Made by a program: the position numbers and the translations under genes. From an uncultured archaeon (GTDB lineage: Archaea; Asgardarchaeota; Thorarchaeia; Thorarchaeales; Thorarchaeaceae), in assembly GCA_964590575.1 (NCBI GenBank), contig CAZPWM010000040.1, forward strand, positions 1-12,276: a stretch of DNA of 12,276 nucleotides. Reading direction: 5' to 3'. Positions 1 to 7,549 of this stretch are shown piece by piece (within the stretch, counting starts at the first letter, position 1; every line of letters begins with the position of its first letter). Under the pieces are notes generated by a model. The model was not told where the DNA came from, made no database searches, and saw only the letters and a list, made by a program, of their open reading frames with translations.

Positions 1-482
1 ATAATCCCACCCTTTGCAGCGGAATACGCTGGAGAGAATGATCCAACTAGACCAGCAACCGATGAATTGTTAATGATTACACCTTTTCCGTTCTCCTTCA
101 TCTGTTGGATGGCATATTTGCAACAAAGGAAGACAGACTTCAAATTTACATTAACACTCTTATTCCAGTCCTCTTCTGATGTATCTAAAAGCCCCTTAGC
201 AACCTCAACACCAGCATTGTTGAATAGAACATCAACACCACCCATTTCATGTACGACCTCAAAAAGCGCTTTGATGTCCGACTCATAGGACACGTCGGTC
301 TTCACAAAGATCATGCTCCCACCAAACGCTTGAATCTTCTCAGTGATTGACTTGCCACCTTTTTCATCAATATCAGCACCAACAATCCGTGCCCCTTCTT
401 TTGCGAAGAGATTGGCTGATGCCCGTCCAATTCCAGCTGCTACCCCAGTGATGATGACAACCTTACCTTCTAGTCGTTTCAC
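1..482 (-). CDS. Short-chain dehydrogenase/reductase (classical SDR, FabG-like), 3' end runs off the window
   Basis: Not in the ORF track. Manual translation from GTG at 482 gives MKRLEGKVVIITGVAAGIGRASANLFAKEGARIVGADIDEKGG...DVLFNNAG...NNSSVAGLVGSFSPAYSAAKGGI. It has TGxxxGIG, NNAG and the S-YxxxK catalytic triad, and an acidic residue after beta2 suggests NAD(H). The GTG overlaps the upstream TGA (GTGA) and is preceded by an SD-like GGAGGAG. Confidence 0.93.
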   Translation of the reverse strand, partial: MKRLEGKVVIITGVAAGIGRASANLFAKEGARIVGADIDEKGGKSITEKIQAFGGSMIFVKTDVSYESDIKALFEVVHEMGGVDVLFNNAGVEVAKGLLDTSEEDWNKSVNVNLKSVFLCCKYAIQQMKENGKGVIINNSSVAGLVGSFSPAYSAAKGGI

Positions 483-1312
483 ATTTGTTCTCCTCCATGT
501 TTGAGCCAATATTCTGCAATTTCCCTAGGTGTTGCGAACCATACATCACCTTTCGACTGCATGAGTTGAATTAACCTGTCGAGCATCTTGCTTCGAGATG
601 GAACACCCATTATCTGGGGATGCATCGTTAGCATGAAATACAAACCTTCCTCATAGACCGCTTCGAACTCAGCTGACCAAATTTCAAAGACCTTTTCCTG
701 GCTACTGATTCCACTCTGATATGCAAGAGACGGAAACATGTTGAAACCAAAATAGACCCAGTCGTCCAACATCCACCTAATTGGTAACTCTACAATCCTC
801 TTTCCTTCAATCTCAACGATGTAAGGAATATCATCATTCATCATGGTGCTATCATACATCAAACCTTGCTGAGCGAGGAGTGAGTAGGTATTGGGACTCA
901 AATCCGCTGCTGGCGCTCGATATCCAAATGGTTTGTATCCTGCTATTTTCTCAAGCGCGTTTGATCCACGCTCCAGTTCATCCTCTTCCTCTGATAAAGT
1001 CAAGCGGGCTGGGTTCTTGTGATGATACCCATGATGTCCAATCTCGTGGCCAGCATTATGGATATCCTTCACTGAATCTGTAAATCGGTCTGCTACCTCG
1101 CCTGGAACAAAAAAACCAGCTCTGATTTCATTGGTCTTGAGAAGTTTTAAAATTCGAGGTAGAGCTGCTCTTGGAGCATATTCGCCAATCGAGAGAACCA
1201 CTGGGTTATCCCATTCGATATTATTTCGACGTAGGATATTTCTCCAAGAAGTATCTGCATCGAAATCAAAAGTAAGACAAACAACACATCTTGCTCCATC
1301 TTTCCACTCCAT
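479..1312 (-). CDS. CE4/NodB-fold polysaccharide deacetylase family protein (H. pylori PgdA / PuuE-like amidohydrolase)
   Basis: 277 aa with motifs TFDFD, HEIGHHGYHH (metal ligands), GYRAP, YDS, ELP..LDDW and TMHP. No obvious signal peptide. Confidence 0.9.
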   Translation of the reverse strand: MEWKDGARCVVCLTFDFDADTSWRNILRRNNIEWDNPVVLSIGEYAPRAALPRILKLLKTNEIRAGFFVPGEVADRFTDSVKDIHNAGHEIGHHGYHHKNPARLTLSEEEDELERGSNALEKIAGYKPFGYRAPAADLSPNTYSLLAQQGLMYDSTMMNDDIPYIVEIEGKRIVELPIRWMLDDWVYFGFNMFPSLAYQSGISSQEKVFEIWSAEFEAVYEEGLYFMLTMHPQIMGVPSRSKMLDRLIQLMQSKGDVWFATPREIAEYWLKHGGEQM

Positions 1313-1432
1313 TGTTGAAACACCAACAGATTCCTAAACACTCTCTAGGAAAAAGGTTCCTACTTCGAGAAGTAATTCATCTTGCAGTAGAATAAAATGG
1401 AGGTCAGGCAATTATGGACGGGGCTGGTTATT

Positions 1433-2398
1433 ATGTCCTCTACAAGTAAAGTCATGTCAGCTTCTGAGGCCATCAAGAGATTTGTTTCCAAAGGGGATTG
1501 TATCTCTTTTGGAGGTTTCACGGTCAACAGAAATCCGATGGCTTTGGTACACGAAGTACTCAGACAAAAGATTGACAATCTTCATGCAGTAATGCACTCT
1601 GGAAGTCAGGCACTGGACTTGCTGATTGGGGGAGGGCTTATCGATCTTGTAGAGATTGCGTACGGAGCAAATGGGCGGTTTGCCAGTACTTGTGTGAGAT
1701 TTAGAAAAGCAGTCGAGCAAGGATCAATATCTGTTGAAGACTACACGAATTATCAGATTACACTTCGATTCATGGCTGGAGCGATGGGTGTTCCGTATCT
1801 ACCAACGTACTCAGGTCTTGGCTCTGATATCGTGAATAAGTGGGGAATTGATGAGGGAAAAAGAAACTCAAGGAAATCTTTGCCAGAGAAGAAACTGATC
1901 GTTAGTAAGGATCCCTTTACCAATGAAGCGCCTTTGGTTCTCGTACCTGCTGTAAGTCCTGATGTCACACTTCTGCATGTTCATCAAGCCTCAGAGGAAG
2001 GGATAGCCAGGATTAAAGGTCTTACATTTGCTGACATTGAGCAAGCCCGTGCATCTAAACACGTTATCCTTTCATGTGAGGAGCTAGTTCCATCTGAAGA
2101 ACTCCGTCAAGAACCTTGGCATAACTGCTTCCCGCATACCCTTGTGGATGCTATTGTCCATCAACCATTTGGTTCTCATCCTACAGCATGCTATCTTTGC
2201 TATGACTATGATGCTATACACCTCAATGAATACAAGGAACTTGCAATGCATGATGAGCAGTTCTCAGAGTATCTAGAAACCCATGTATTCGGAGTTAGTA
2301 ATTTCAACGAATATCTTGAACTCATTGGAAAAGGTCGACTGGATGATATACGAGCATCACCTGACTTAGGCTATAGACAAAGGAGGAATTCTGCATGA
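1433..2398 (+). CDS. Family I CoA-transferase subunit A (glutaconate CoA-transferase GctA-like)
   Basis: Sequence KVMSASEAIKRFVSKGDCISFGGF..NRNPMALVHE, RFMAGAMGVPYLP..GSD, PDVTLLHV, PFGSHP. The start at ATG 1433 (MSSTSKVMS) fits the family N-terminus better than the ORF-track start at 1397. Confidence 0.88.
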   Translation: MSSTSKVMSASEAIKRFVSKGDCISFGGFTVNRNPMALVHEVLRQKIDNLHAVMHSGSQALDLLIGGGLIDLVEIAYGANGRFASTCVRFRKAVEQGSISVEDYTNYQITLRFMAGAMGVPYLPTYSGLGSDIVNKWGIDEGKRNSRKSLPEKKLIVSKDPFTNEAPLVLVPAVSPDVTLLHVHQASEEGIARIKGLTFADIEQARASKHVILSCEELVPSEELRQEPWHNCFPHTLVDAIVHQPFGSHPTACYLCYDYDAIHLNEYKELAMHDEQFSEYLETHVFGVSNFNEYLELIGKGRLDDIRASPDLGYRQRRNSA

Positions 2399-3165
2399 GT
2401 AATGATTACTCAAGCACTGAAATGATGGCAATAGCCTGTTCTCGGAGAATTAAGAATGACGATATCGTCTTTTGCGGCACTGGACTCCCGATGCTAGCAG
2501 CAGTGACTGCAAAAATGACTCATGCCCCGGATTGCGTCATTTTTTTTGAAACTGGTGCAATGGATCCAGCTCTGCTCGAGATTCCGTTAACCGTTGCAGA
2601 CCCCCGTGTGATGTACAGAGCATCACACAATGGAGGTCTCGTCGATGCATTCTCCTATATGCAGAATCAACGAACAGGTCCCGCGGTTCTGGGAATTCTT
2701 TCAGGGGCACAAATTGACATCTATGGAAATCTAAACAGCACGCTGATTGGTAATTATGATAAACCAGCAGTACGTCTTCCAGGCAGTGGAGGAGCATGTG
2801 ATGTTGCTACTGCCGTTGGACGGACTCTGATATTCATGAGGCATGAAGATAGGAGGTTTGTTGAGCAGCTTGATTATCTGACTAGTCCAGGTTGGCTCTC
2901 TGGTGGTGACTCCAGAAAGCAGGCGGGTCTTCCGGGAGGAGGCCCTGAGGGCGTTATCACATCTCTAGGTGTGCTCTCATTTGATGAAGTGACCAAGAGA
3001 ATGTACCTCGAAAGCTACTATGATTTCACGGCACCAAAAGAAATCCAAGATAATACAGGTTTCACTTTGGATACTTCTCGTTCCAAACCTGAACCTCCAC
3101 CATCACCCCATGAATTGGAAATACTGAGAGAGCATGTTGATCCCATGCGGCTCATCCTTCAGTAA
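2395..3165 (+). CDS. Family I CoA-transferase subunit B (GctB-like)
   Basis: Motifs VFCGTGLP, IFFETG (Glu52, matching the catalytic glutamate position of GctB), GAQIDIYGNLN and LPGSGGA. ATGA overlap with subunit A and an AGGAGG SD at 2381-2386. Confidence 0.9.
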   Translation: MSNDYSSTEMMAIACSRRIKNDDIVFCGTGLPMLAAVTAKMTHAPDCVIFFETGAMDPALLEIPLTVADPRVMYRASHNGGLVDAFSYMQNQRTGPAVLGILSGAQIDIYGNLNSTLIGNYDKPAVRLPGSGGACDVATAVGRTLIFMRHEDRRFVEQLDYLTSPGWLSGGDSRKQAGLPGGGPEGVITSLGVLSFDEVTKRMYLESYYDFTAPKEIQDNTGFTLDTSRSKPEPPPSPHELEILREHVDPMRLILQ

Positions 3166-3242
3166 TCATGTACATGATTTTATTCAGTCGCAAGATTTAT
3201 GTTCACGAGTACACTCTGTAGTATATCTTCTTGAACATGATT
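3164..3242. promoter_or_regulatory. Putative operator array upstream of the RHH regulator
   Basis: Perfect 16-bp palindrome AATCATGTACATGATT (3164-3179), inverted pair ATGTTCA (3199-3205) / TGAACAT (3232-3238), and the half-site ACATGATT repeated at 3235-3242. Confidence 0.45.
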
Positions 3243-3258
3243 CAGGAAGTGCGTGTGC

Positions 3259-4383
3259 ATGGAAGAAAAGATAGAATCGAAGAAGGTAAGTCGTAGCGAT
3301 TCTAGAGGGAAAGGTCCTCGGGTCCATCTCCACACTACGATTTCTGCTTCTACTCGGGATATGTTGAATGAGATCAGTGGTGATTCTGGACGAATCAATG
3401 ATGCTCTTGAGGATGCAGTTCGATACTACATGAAAAGACGAGACCTACCTGACTGTGATACGTGTGAAGATAAAGCAACAATGAAGTTACTATCATCTCT
3501 TGTCACAACTGCAGAGATGGGTCTTACAAGTTCTGAGTTTCTTGAAGCTTTCATGAACCTTGGACATGGCAGTCAATCATCTAATGAGTTCATAGAGAAC
3601 GTGTCAAAGACGGGGATTCAGCACACAAAGCTATTGCGTGGACTTGGCATAATTGAGGGTGACACATGGAAGAATACGTATGAAGCCTTTACTGAACACA
3701 TCAAGCTACTCGAGATAATGGGAATATTGAGGTCAGTAGAATTTTTCCCTGAGAGAAGCACGGTTCTAGCAACTGTGAAGATGTTACGAAATATCCCAGA
3801 AGTTATCATATTATTCCTATTATCAAGTTGGGATGAGGCGGGATACACTGTGGATGTTGAAATCATAGCAGAGAATAAGATCAGTATTCGTTGGTTGAAT
3901 GATAAAGAGTTTAGTATCAAGAAGGAGGGTAGGAATCAACGAATATTCGGTGCGTGGAAAGAGAAGAGAGAAGAACTGTTGATGAAATCTGGCAGGGCAG
4001 GAAATGCAACACTTCCGTCACCACTTCTGGATTGGTTAATCACGCATAAAATTGACGAGCCCATAGGTGAAAAGACACTCATCGAGATACGTAACTCTGG
4101 TCCCCAATACACACCGAATGAACCTAGCGAAGAGTTGCCATTGATAGACCTTGTTCAGAAGGCAACACTCAACATAACATCTACCGGACTTCTAGAGAGA
4201 TGCAGTGTGAAGAAGGATGGCGAAATTGTCAAAGTTCAGCTGGGTGCGAGAAATTCTTCTTTCAAGGATATTGCTATCAAACTCATACTTAACTTACTCG
4301 CCCTAGACAATGTTGAAGAGATATCACGTGAAGAGGGTGAAGCAACAGCAGTCTTGCACTTTGGACGCAGGTTATGGGTGTGA
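3259..4383 (+). CDS. Hypothetical protein; putative transcriptional regulator (N-terminal ribbon-helix-helix, CxxC, two V4R/HNOB-like domains)
   Basis: Long clean ORF (ATG 3259, alternative GTG 3253). The N-terminal RVHLHTTIS-ASTRDMLNEISG-RINDALEDAVRYY has the beta-helix-G-helix pattern of RHH domains and is followed by CDTC. Two similar helix-G-beta-hairpin-helix-beta-hairpin blocks come after that. The domain calls are pattern recognition only. Confidence 0.6.
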   Translation: MEEKIESKKVSRSDSRGKGPRVHLHTTISASTRDMLNEISGDSGRINDALEDAVRYYMKRRDLPDCDTCEDKATMKLLSSLVTTAEMGLTSSEFLEAFMNLGHGSQSSNEFIENVSKTGIQHTKLLRGLGIIEGDTWKNTYEAFTEHIKLLEIMGILRSVEFFPERSTVLATVKMLRNIPEVIILFLLSSWDEAGYTVDVEIIAENKISIRWLNDKEFSIKKEGRNQRIFGAWKEKREELLMKSGRAGNATLPSPLLDWLITHKIDEPIGEKTLIEIRNSGPQYTPNEPSEELPLIDLVQKATLNITSTGLLERCSVKKDGEIVKVQLGARNSSFKDIAIKLILNLLALDNVEEISREEGEATAVLHFGRRLWV

Positions 4384-4405
4384 AACCACAACCTGCTTAG
4401 CATCC

Positions 4406-5785
4406 TCAGTATAGGAAGTCAATTCCAAGATCGGTCACTTCTTTCTTCACTTTATAATAAATGTCAAAGCACTCCTTGGATGGCGTACCAGTTAAGGGAT
4501 CGCAGCATTCTTGGAATCGTTTACCCTTTGGTGGATCCGGAATCATATCCTTGAATTTCGGCACTATCTTCTTCACAATATCATTCGCATCACTTCTCTT
4601 TAGTCCTGCTGATGCATAAGCGACTTCAGCAGCGAACATAGGCTCGATAGGTGTCAGATAGTCGAAGTACTTACCTTTTGCAACACCACCGGTTTCAATG
4701 GATGCTCCAGATGAAACACCAGCGATGAACTCCGCAGCAAACTCATGAAGAACCATTTCAGTACATGGTCCTGCTGCTGTGTAGTTATAGTACAAAGCAG
4801 GCACTGTAGTATTTCTGGTCACAGCTTGAGCATATGTGCTTGCTACCCAGATGAGTTCAGGAGATGAACTTGATGTATACTTGACATGAATTGGGAAGCA
4901 TAGAGTCCAAGAGGCCCCATACGTCAAGATTCCTTGAATGTGAAATGCAGCACTTGTGATAGCTGTCCCTTCAGCTCCACCTGCAAAACCCCCATAAATC
5001 GGTCCGTAGATGCCTGCGATTGGCACATTCAGGGACTGGAGAAGTGCAACTCTATTTAGCAAATCTAGGTCTGTCTTCAATTCTGCAAGTTCTGCCACCA
5101 TGTAACCATCTGTTTTTCGAAGACCAAAATCGGGGTGCAGTCCAGAAGCCAAAGCAATAGCAGATTCAGCTGTCCCTATTCCATTCATAATTGGAAGACC
5201 AGGACGACCAGCTCGTCTCAGTGCTTCTCTTCCAAGAACAACGGTTCTAATGGAGCCTTCGATTTCTAAAGGAGACCTAGCACGTATATTCGCGCCATCC
5301 ACAGAAAGTAAACAAGGCGTTGTAATTGCATTGGCTATTGGGATTCTACGAGCATAGTTCTCAACAAGCCTCATGAAGATACTCTCATCGGAAACAGTGA
5401 CTCCTCCAGCGCCTGCAAAAATCCATGGCTTTTGTGAAGACTCAGGCTTCCTCTGTGTCAATGTTCGCTGTTCCATGCCTTCCCCGAACACAGCATGATC
5501 GAATGAAGTCTTGAGTTCATTCCGAACCTCATTCTCTTCGAAAGCAATAACCCGTTCAGTATCTTTACAATAAACACCAACATCACAAATTAAATCAATG
5601 GCAGCATTGAATATTGAATCAGCTAGTCCGTCATCTGATGGCACAAGGATGTCAGGATCGTAACTGATACCGTGTTCCTTGACCAACTCTCGCACTCTTG
5701 GAGAGAAAACTCGCATGTCATACTCTTTCTCAAGCATGGGTTTTCCATCGAGTGCTCTCTTAGTAATCTCAATAATTGGAATCAA
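4406..5785 (-). CDS. mtmB: Monomethylamine:corrinoid methyltransferase (MtmB) family protein, pyrrolysine-free
   Basis: 459 aa, similar in length to MtmB, with family motifs GVYCKDTERV, AGRPG, ELKTDLD, PIYGGFAGG, AGPCTEM.L.E and PKGKRFQEC. No in-frame TAG. TTG start at 5785, preceded by AAGGAGG inside the end of the upstream gene. Confidence 0.88.
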   Translation of the reverse strand: MIPIIEITKRALDGKPMLEKEYDMRVFSPRVRELVKEHGISYDPDILVPSDDGLADSIFNAAIDLICDVGVYCKDTERVIAFEENEVRNELKTSFDHAVFGEGMEQRTLTQRKPESSQKPWIFAGAGGVTVSDESIFMRLVENYARRIPIANAITTPCLLSVDGANIRARSPLEIEGSIRTVVLGREALRRAGRPGLPIMNGIGTAESAIALASGLHPDFGLRKTDGYMVAELAELKTDLDLLNRVALLQSLNVPIAGIYGPIYGGFAGGAEGTAITSAAFHIQGILTYGASWTLCFPIHVKYTSSSSPELIWVASTYAQAVTRNTTVPALYYNYTAAGPCTEMVLHEFAAEFIAGVSSGASIETGGVAKGKYFDYLTPIEPMFAAEVAYASAGLKRSDANDIVKKIVPKFKDMIPDPPKGKRFQECCDPLTGTPSKECFDIYYKVKKEVTDLGIDFLY

Positions 5786-5787
5786 GA

Positions 5788-6435
5788 TTATTTCCTCCTT
5801 TCTTCAATGAGTTTTGTTGCCACTCTCACACCATCAGGAGCGGTTTCAGCAAAACCATCTGCCCCTATCTCATCAGCCCATTCCTGATTTGAAGGCCCAC
5901 CTCCAACCATGACGATGTATTTGTCTCGGTCACCGGTCTGTTCGAGAAAATCAATCACATCTTTCTGACCTCCAATAGTGGATGTCATAAGCGCTGATAC
6001 TGCAATGATGTCAGCATTGATCTTCTCCGCCTCTTCAACAAATTTTGAGGCGGGTACATCAACACCTAAATCACTCACTTCAAATCCATTTGCTACAAGG
6101 AGTGACTTGAAAATGTTCTTGCCAATTTCATGAACATCTCCACGTACAGTACCAACAACCACTCTCCCTTTCTGAGGGACATCCTCACTCTTCAGCTGTG
6201 GTAGAACCACTTCCAGTCCAGCCATCATTGCCTCACCTGATAGCATTAATTCTGTTAGGAAAATCTCCATATTCTCGAATTGCTCACCAACTTTCTGAGC
6301 TCCCTCAGAGATTCCTTTCTCCAGAATATCTATGGGATCAATCCCAGCATCCAATGCTTTCTTTGTCAAACCAGCAACGGCATCAGTGTCACCTTCGATG
6401 ACTGCTTGTTTTAGAGCTTCAATCTCTTTATTCAT
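5788..6435 (-). CDS. Methyltransferase cognate corrinoid (cobalamin-binding) protein, MtmC/MtbC/MttC-like
   Basis: N-terminal cap domain (LKQAVIEGD...IFLTELMLSGEAM) plus the B12-binding motif GDVHEIGKN...VSALMT...VMVGGG. The true start is probably ATG 6435 (MNKEIE, 215 aa) rather than 6570. Confidence 0.93.
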   Translation of the reverse strand: MNKEIEALKQAVIEGDTDAVAGLTKKALDAGIDPIDILEKGISEGAQKVGEQFENMEIFLTELMLSGEAMMAGLEVVLPQLKSEDVPQKGRVVVGTVRGDVHEIGKNIFKSLLVANGFEVSDLGVDVPASKFVEEAEKINADIIAVSALMTSTIGGQKDVIDFLEQTGDRDKYIVMVGGGPSNQEWADEIGADGFAETAPDGVRVATKLIEERRK

Positions 6436-6448
6436 CTTAGACTTACTT

Positions 6449-6522
6449 CCAATTGTAATTGGGTCAAAGTTGTAGTGAACATCTAGAAAAGAACACCCAA
6501 CATATGTGAACATCTTTGTACA
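6449..6522 (-). promoter_or_regulatory. Putative regulatory sites upstream of the corrinoid-mtmB pair
   Basis: Direct repeat GTGAACATCT at 6475-6484 and 6506-6515, TGTACA at 6517-6522, and inverted repeat CCAATT-GT-AATTGG at 6449-6462, all within a 127-bp intergenic gap. Confidence 0.45.
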
Positions 6523-6562
6523 GAGATAGGGGAATAGATCATTGCGCTTCTTCTTCTGCACC

Positions 6563-7549
6563 TTAATCATGACATGCTACTTGACGACCATCAGGCATCG
6601 TTTTCAGTTCAGGCTCTTCCACACTGCACTTGTCCTTTACAAATGGACACCTTGTATGAAATCTGCATCCTGTTGGGATGTTGACTGGGCTCGGAATCTC
6701 CCCCGTGAGCAGGAGCCTCTCTCTCTTTATACCAGTTTCTGGAACAGGTACTACTGAAACTAGTGCTTTCGTGTAGGGGTGACTTGGGTTGTCAATGATA
6801 TCTTTTGTAACTCCAGTTTCAACGACCCTGCCCAGATAGGCGATGGCAATCCTGTCAGTCATTTGCCTAGCTATAGCTAGATTATGTGTTATCAGTACGA
6901 GCGTGATTCCCTTTTTTTCTCTTAGTTCAAGCAATAACTTCAGAATTTGACCTCTCATTGAAACGTCGAGCATTGAAACCGGTTCATCAGCAATGAGAAG
7001 AATCGGGTCAAGGACAAGTGCAGCCGCCACGGCCACACGTTGTCGCTGCCCCCCACTCAGTTCATGTGGTATCCTACCTGCAAATTCCTCAGCGGGAAGA
7101 AGCCCTACATCTTCAAGTGCAGCTAACACACGTTTTTCAATTTCACCAGCTGATGCATAGACATTATGAATCTTAAGAGGTTCTGCGACAATCTCGCCTA
7201 TGGTCATGTTATTGCTCAATGATCCATATGGGTCTTGGAAGATCATCTGAATCCTTCTACGATACTCCTTGAATTCGCCCTCATTCATTGCAGAGATCTT
7301 GTCCCCCTCAAACCAGATCTCTCCCTCAGTTAAGGTTTCCAAGCGCATGATCAATCTCGCAATTGTGGTCTTGCCGCATCCGCTCTCTCCAGCAATGCCA
7401 AAAATCTCGCCTTGCTTGATTTCCAAGTCCACTCCATCAACTGCACGGATGTACGAGTCGGACTTCTCCGAGAGGAGACTTGAGAGGAACCCAGCTCTGA
7501 CTGTAAACCACTTCTTGAGATTACGGGTTTCGAGAATCACATCTGACAT
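6563..7549 (-). CDS. Oligopeptide/dipeptide ABC transporter ATP-binding protein (OppF/DppF-like)
   Basis: Walker A GESGCGKTT, Q-loop FQDP, signature LSGGQ, Walker B LIADEP, H-loop ITH, HPYT, and a C-terminal C-x5-C-x6-C...C motif. TAATG overlap with the upstream ATPase. Confidence 0.95.
   Translation of the reverse strand: MSDVILETRNLKKWFTVRAGFLSSLLSEKSDSYIRAVDGVDLEIKQGEIFGIAGESGCGKTTIARLIMRLETLTEGEIWFEGDKISAMNEGEFKEYRRRIQMIFQDPYGSLSNNMTIGEIVAEPLKIHNVYASAGEIEKRVLAALEDVGLLPAEEFAGRIPHELSGGQRQRVAVAAALVLDPILLIADEPVSMLDVSMRGQILKLLLELREKKGITLVLITHNLAIARQMTDRIAIAYLGRVVETGVTKDIIDNPSHPYTKALVSVVPVPETGIKRERLLLTGEIPSPVNIPTGCRFHTRCPFVKDKCSVEEPELKTMPDGRQVACHD

Noticed and set aside
67-288. 73-aa plus-strand ORF and the other short ORF-track entries nested in larger genes
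   Set aside because: They are antisense or alternate-frame to well-supported genes (here the SDR).
1399-1449. GGAGGT followed by an 11-codon out-of-frame ORF (ATG 1414, MDGAGYYVLYK) overlapping the CoA-transferase start
   Set aside because: It could be a uORF or a one-base slip in a G4 run, but it is too short to distinguish from chance.
1433-3165. CoA-transferase as an IpdAB-type ring-cleaving hydrolase
   Set aside because: The canonical beta-subunit glutamate (FFETG) is intact and there are no steroid-degradation genes nearby.
4384-4405. TGCT-T-AGCA micro-palindrome between the convergent stops
   Set aside because: The stem is too short and there are no U-tracts, so it cannot be called a bidirectional terminator.
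6436-6570. 45-aa N-terminal extension of the corrinoid protein in the ORF track
   Set aside because: It has no family resemblance and overlaps the ATPase stop. Family similarity begins at Met 6435, and the region looks regulatory.
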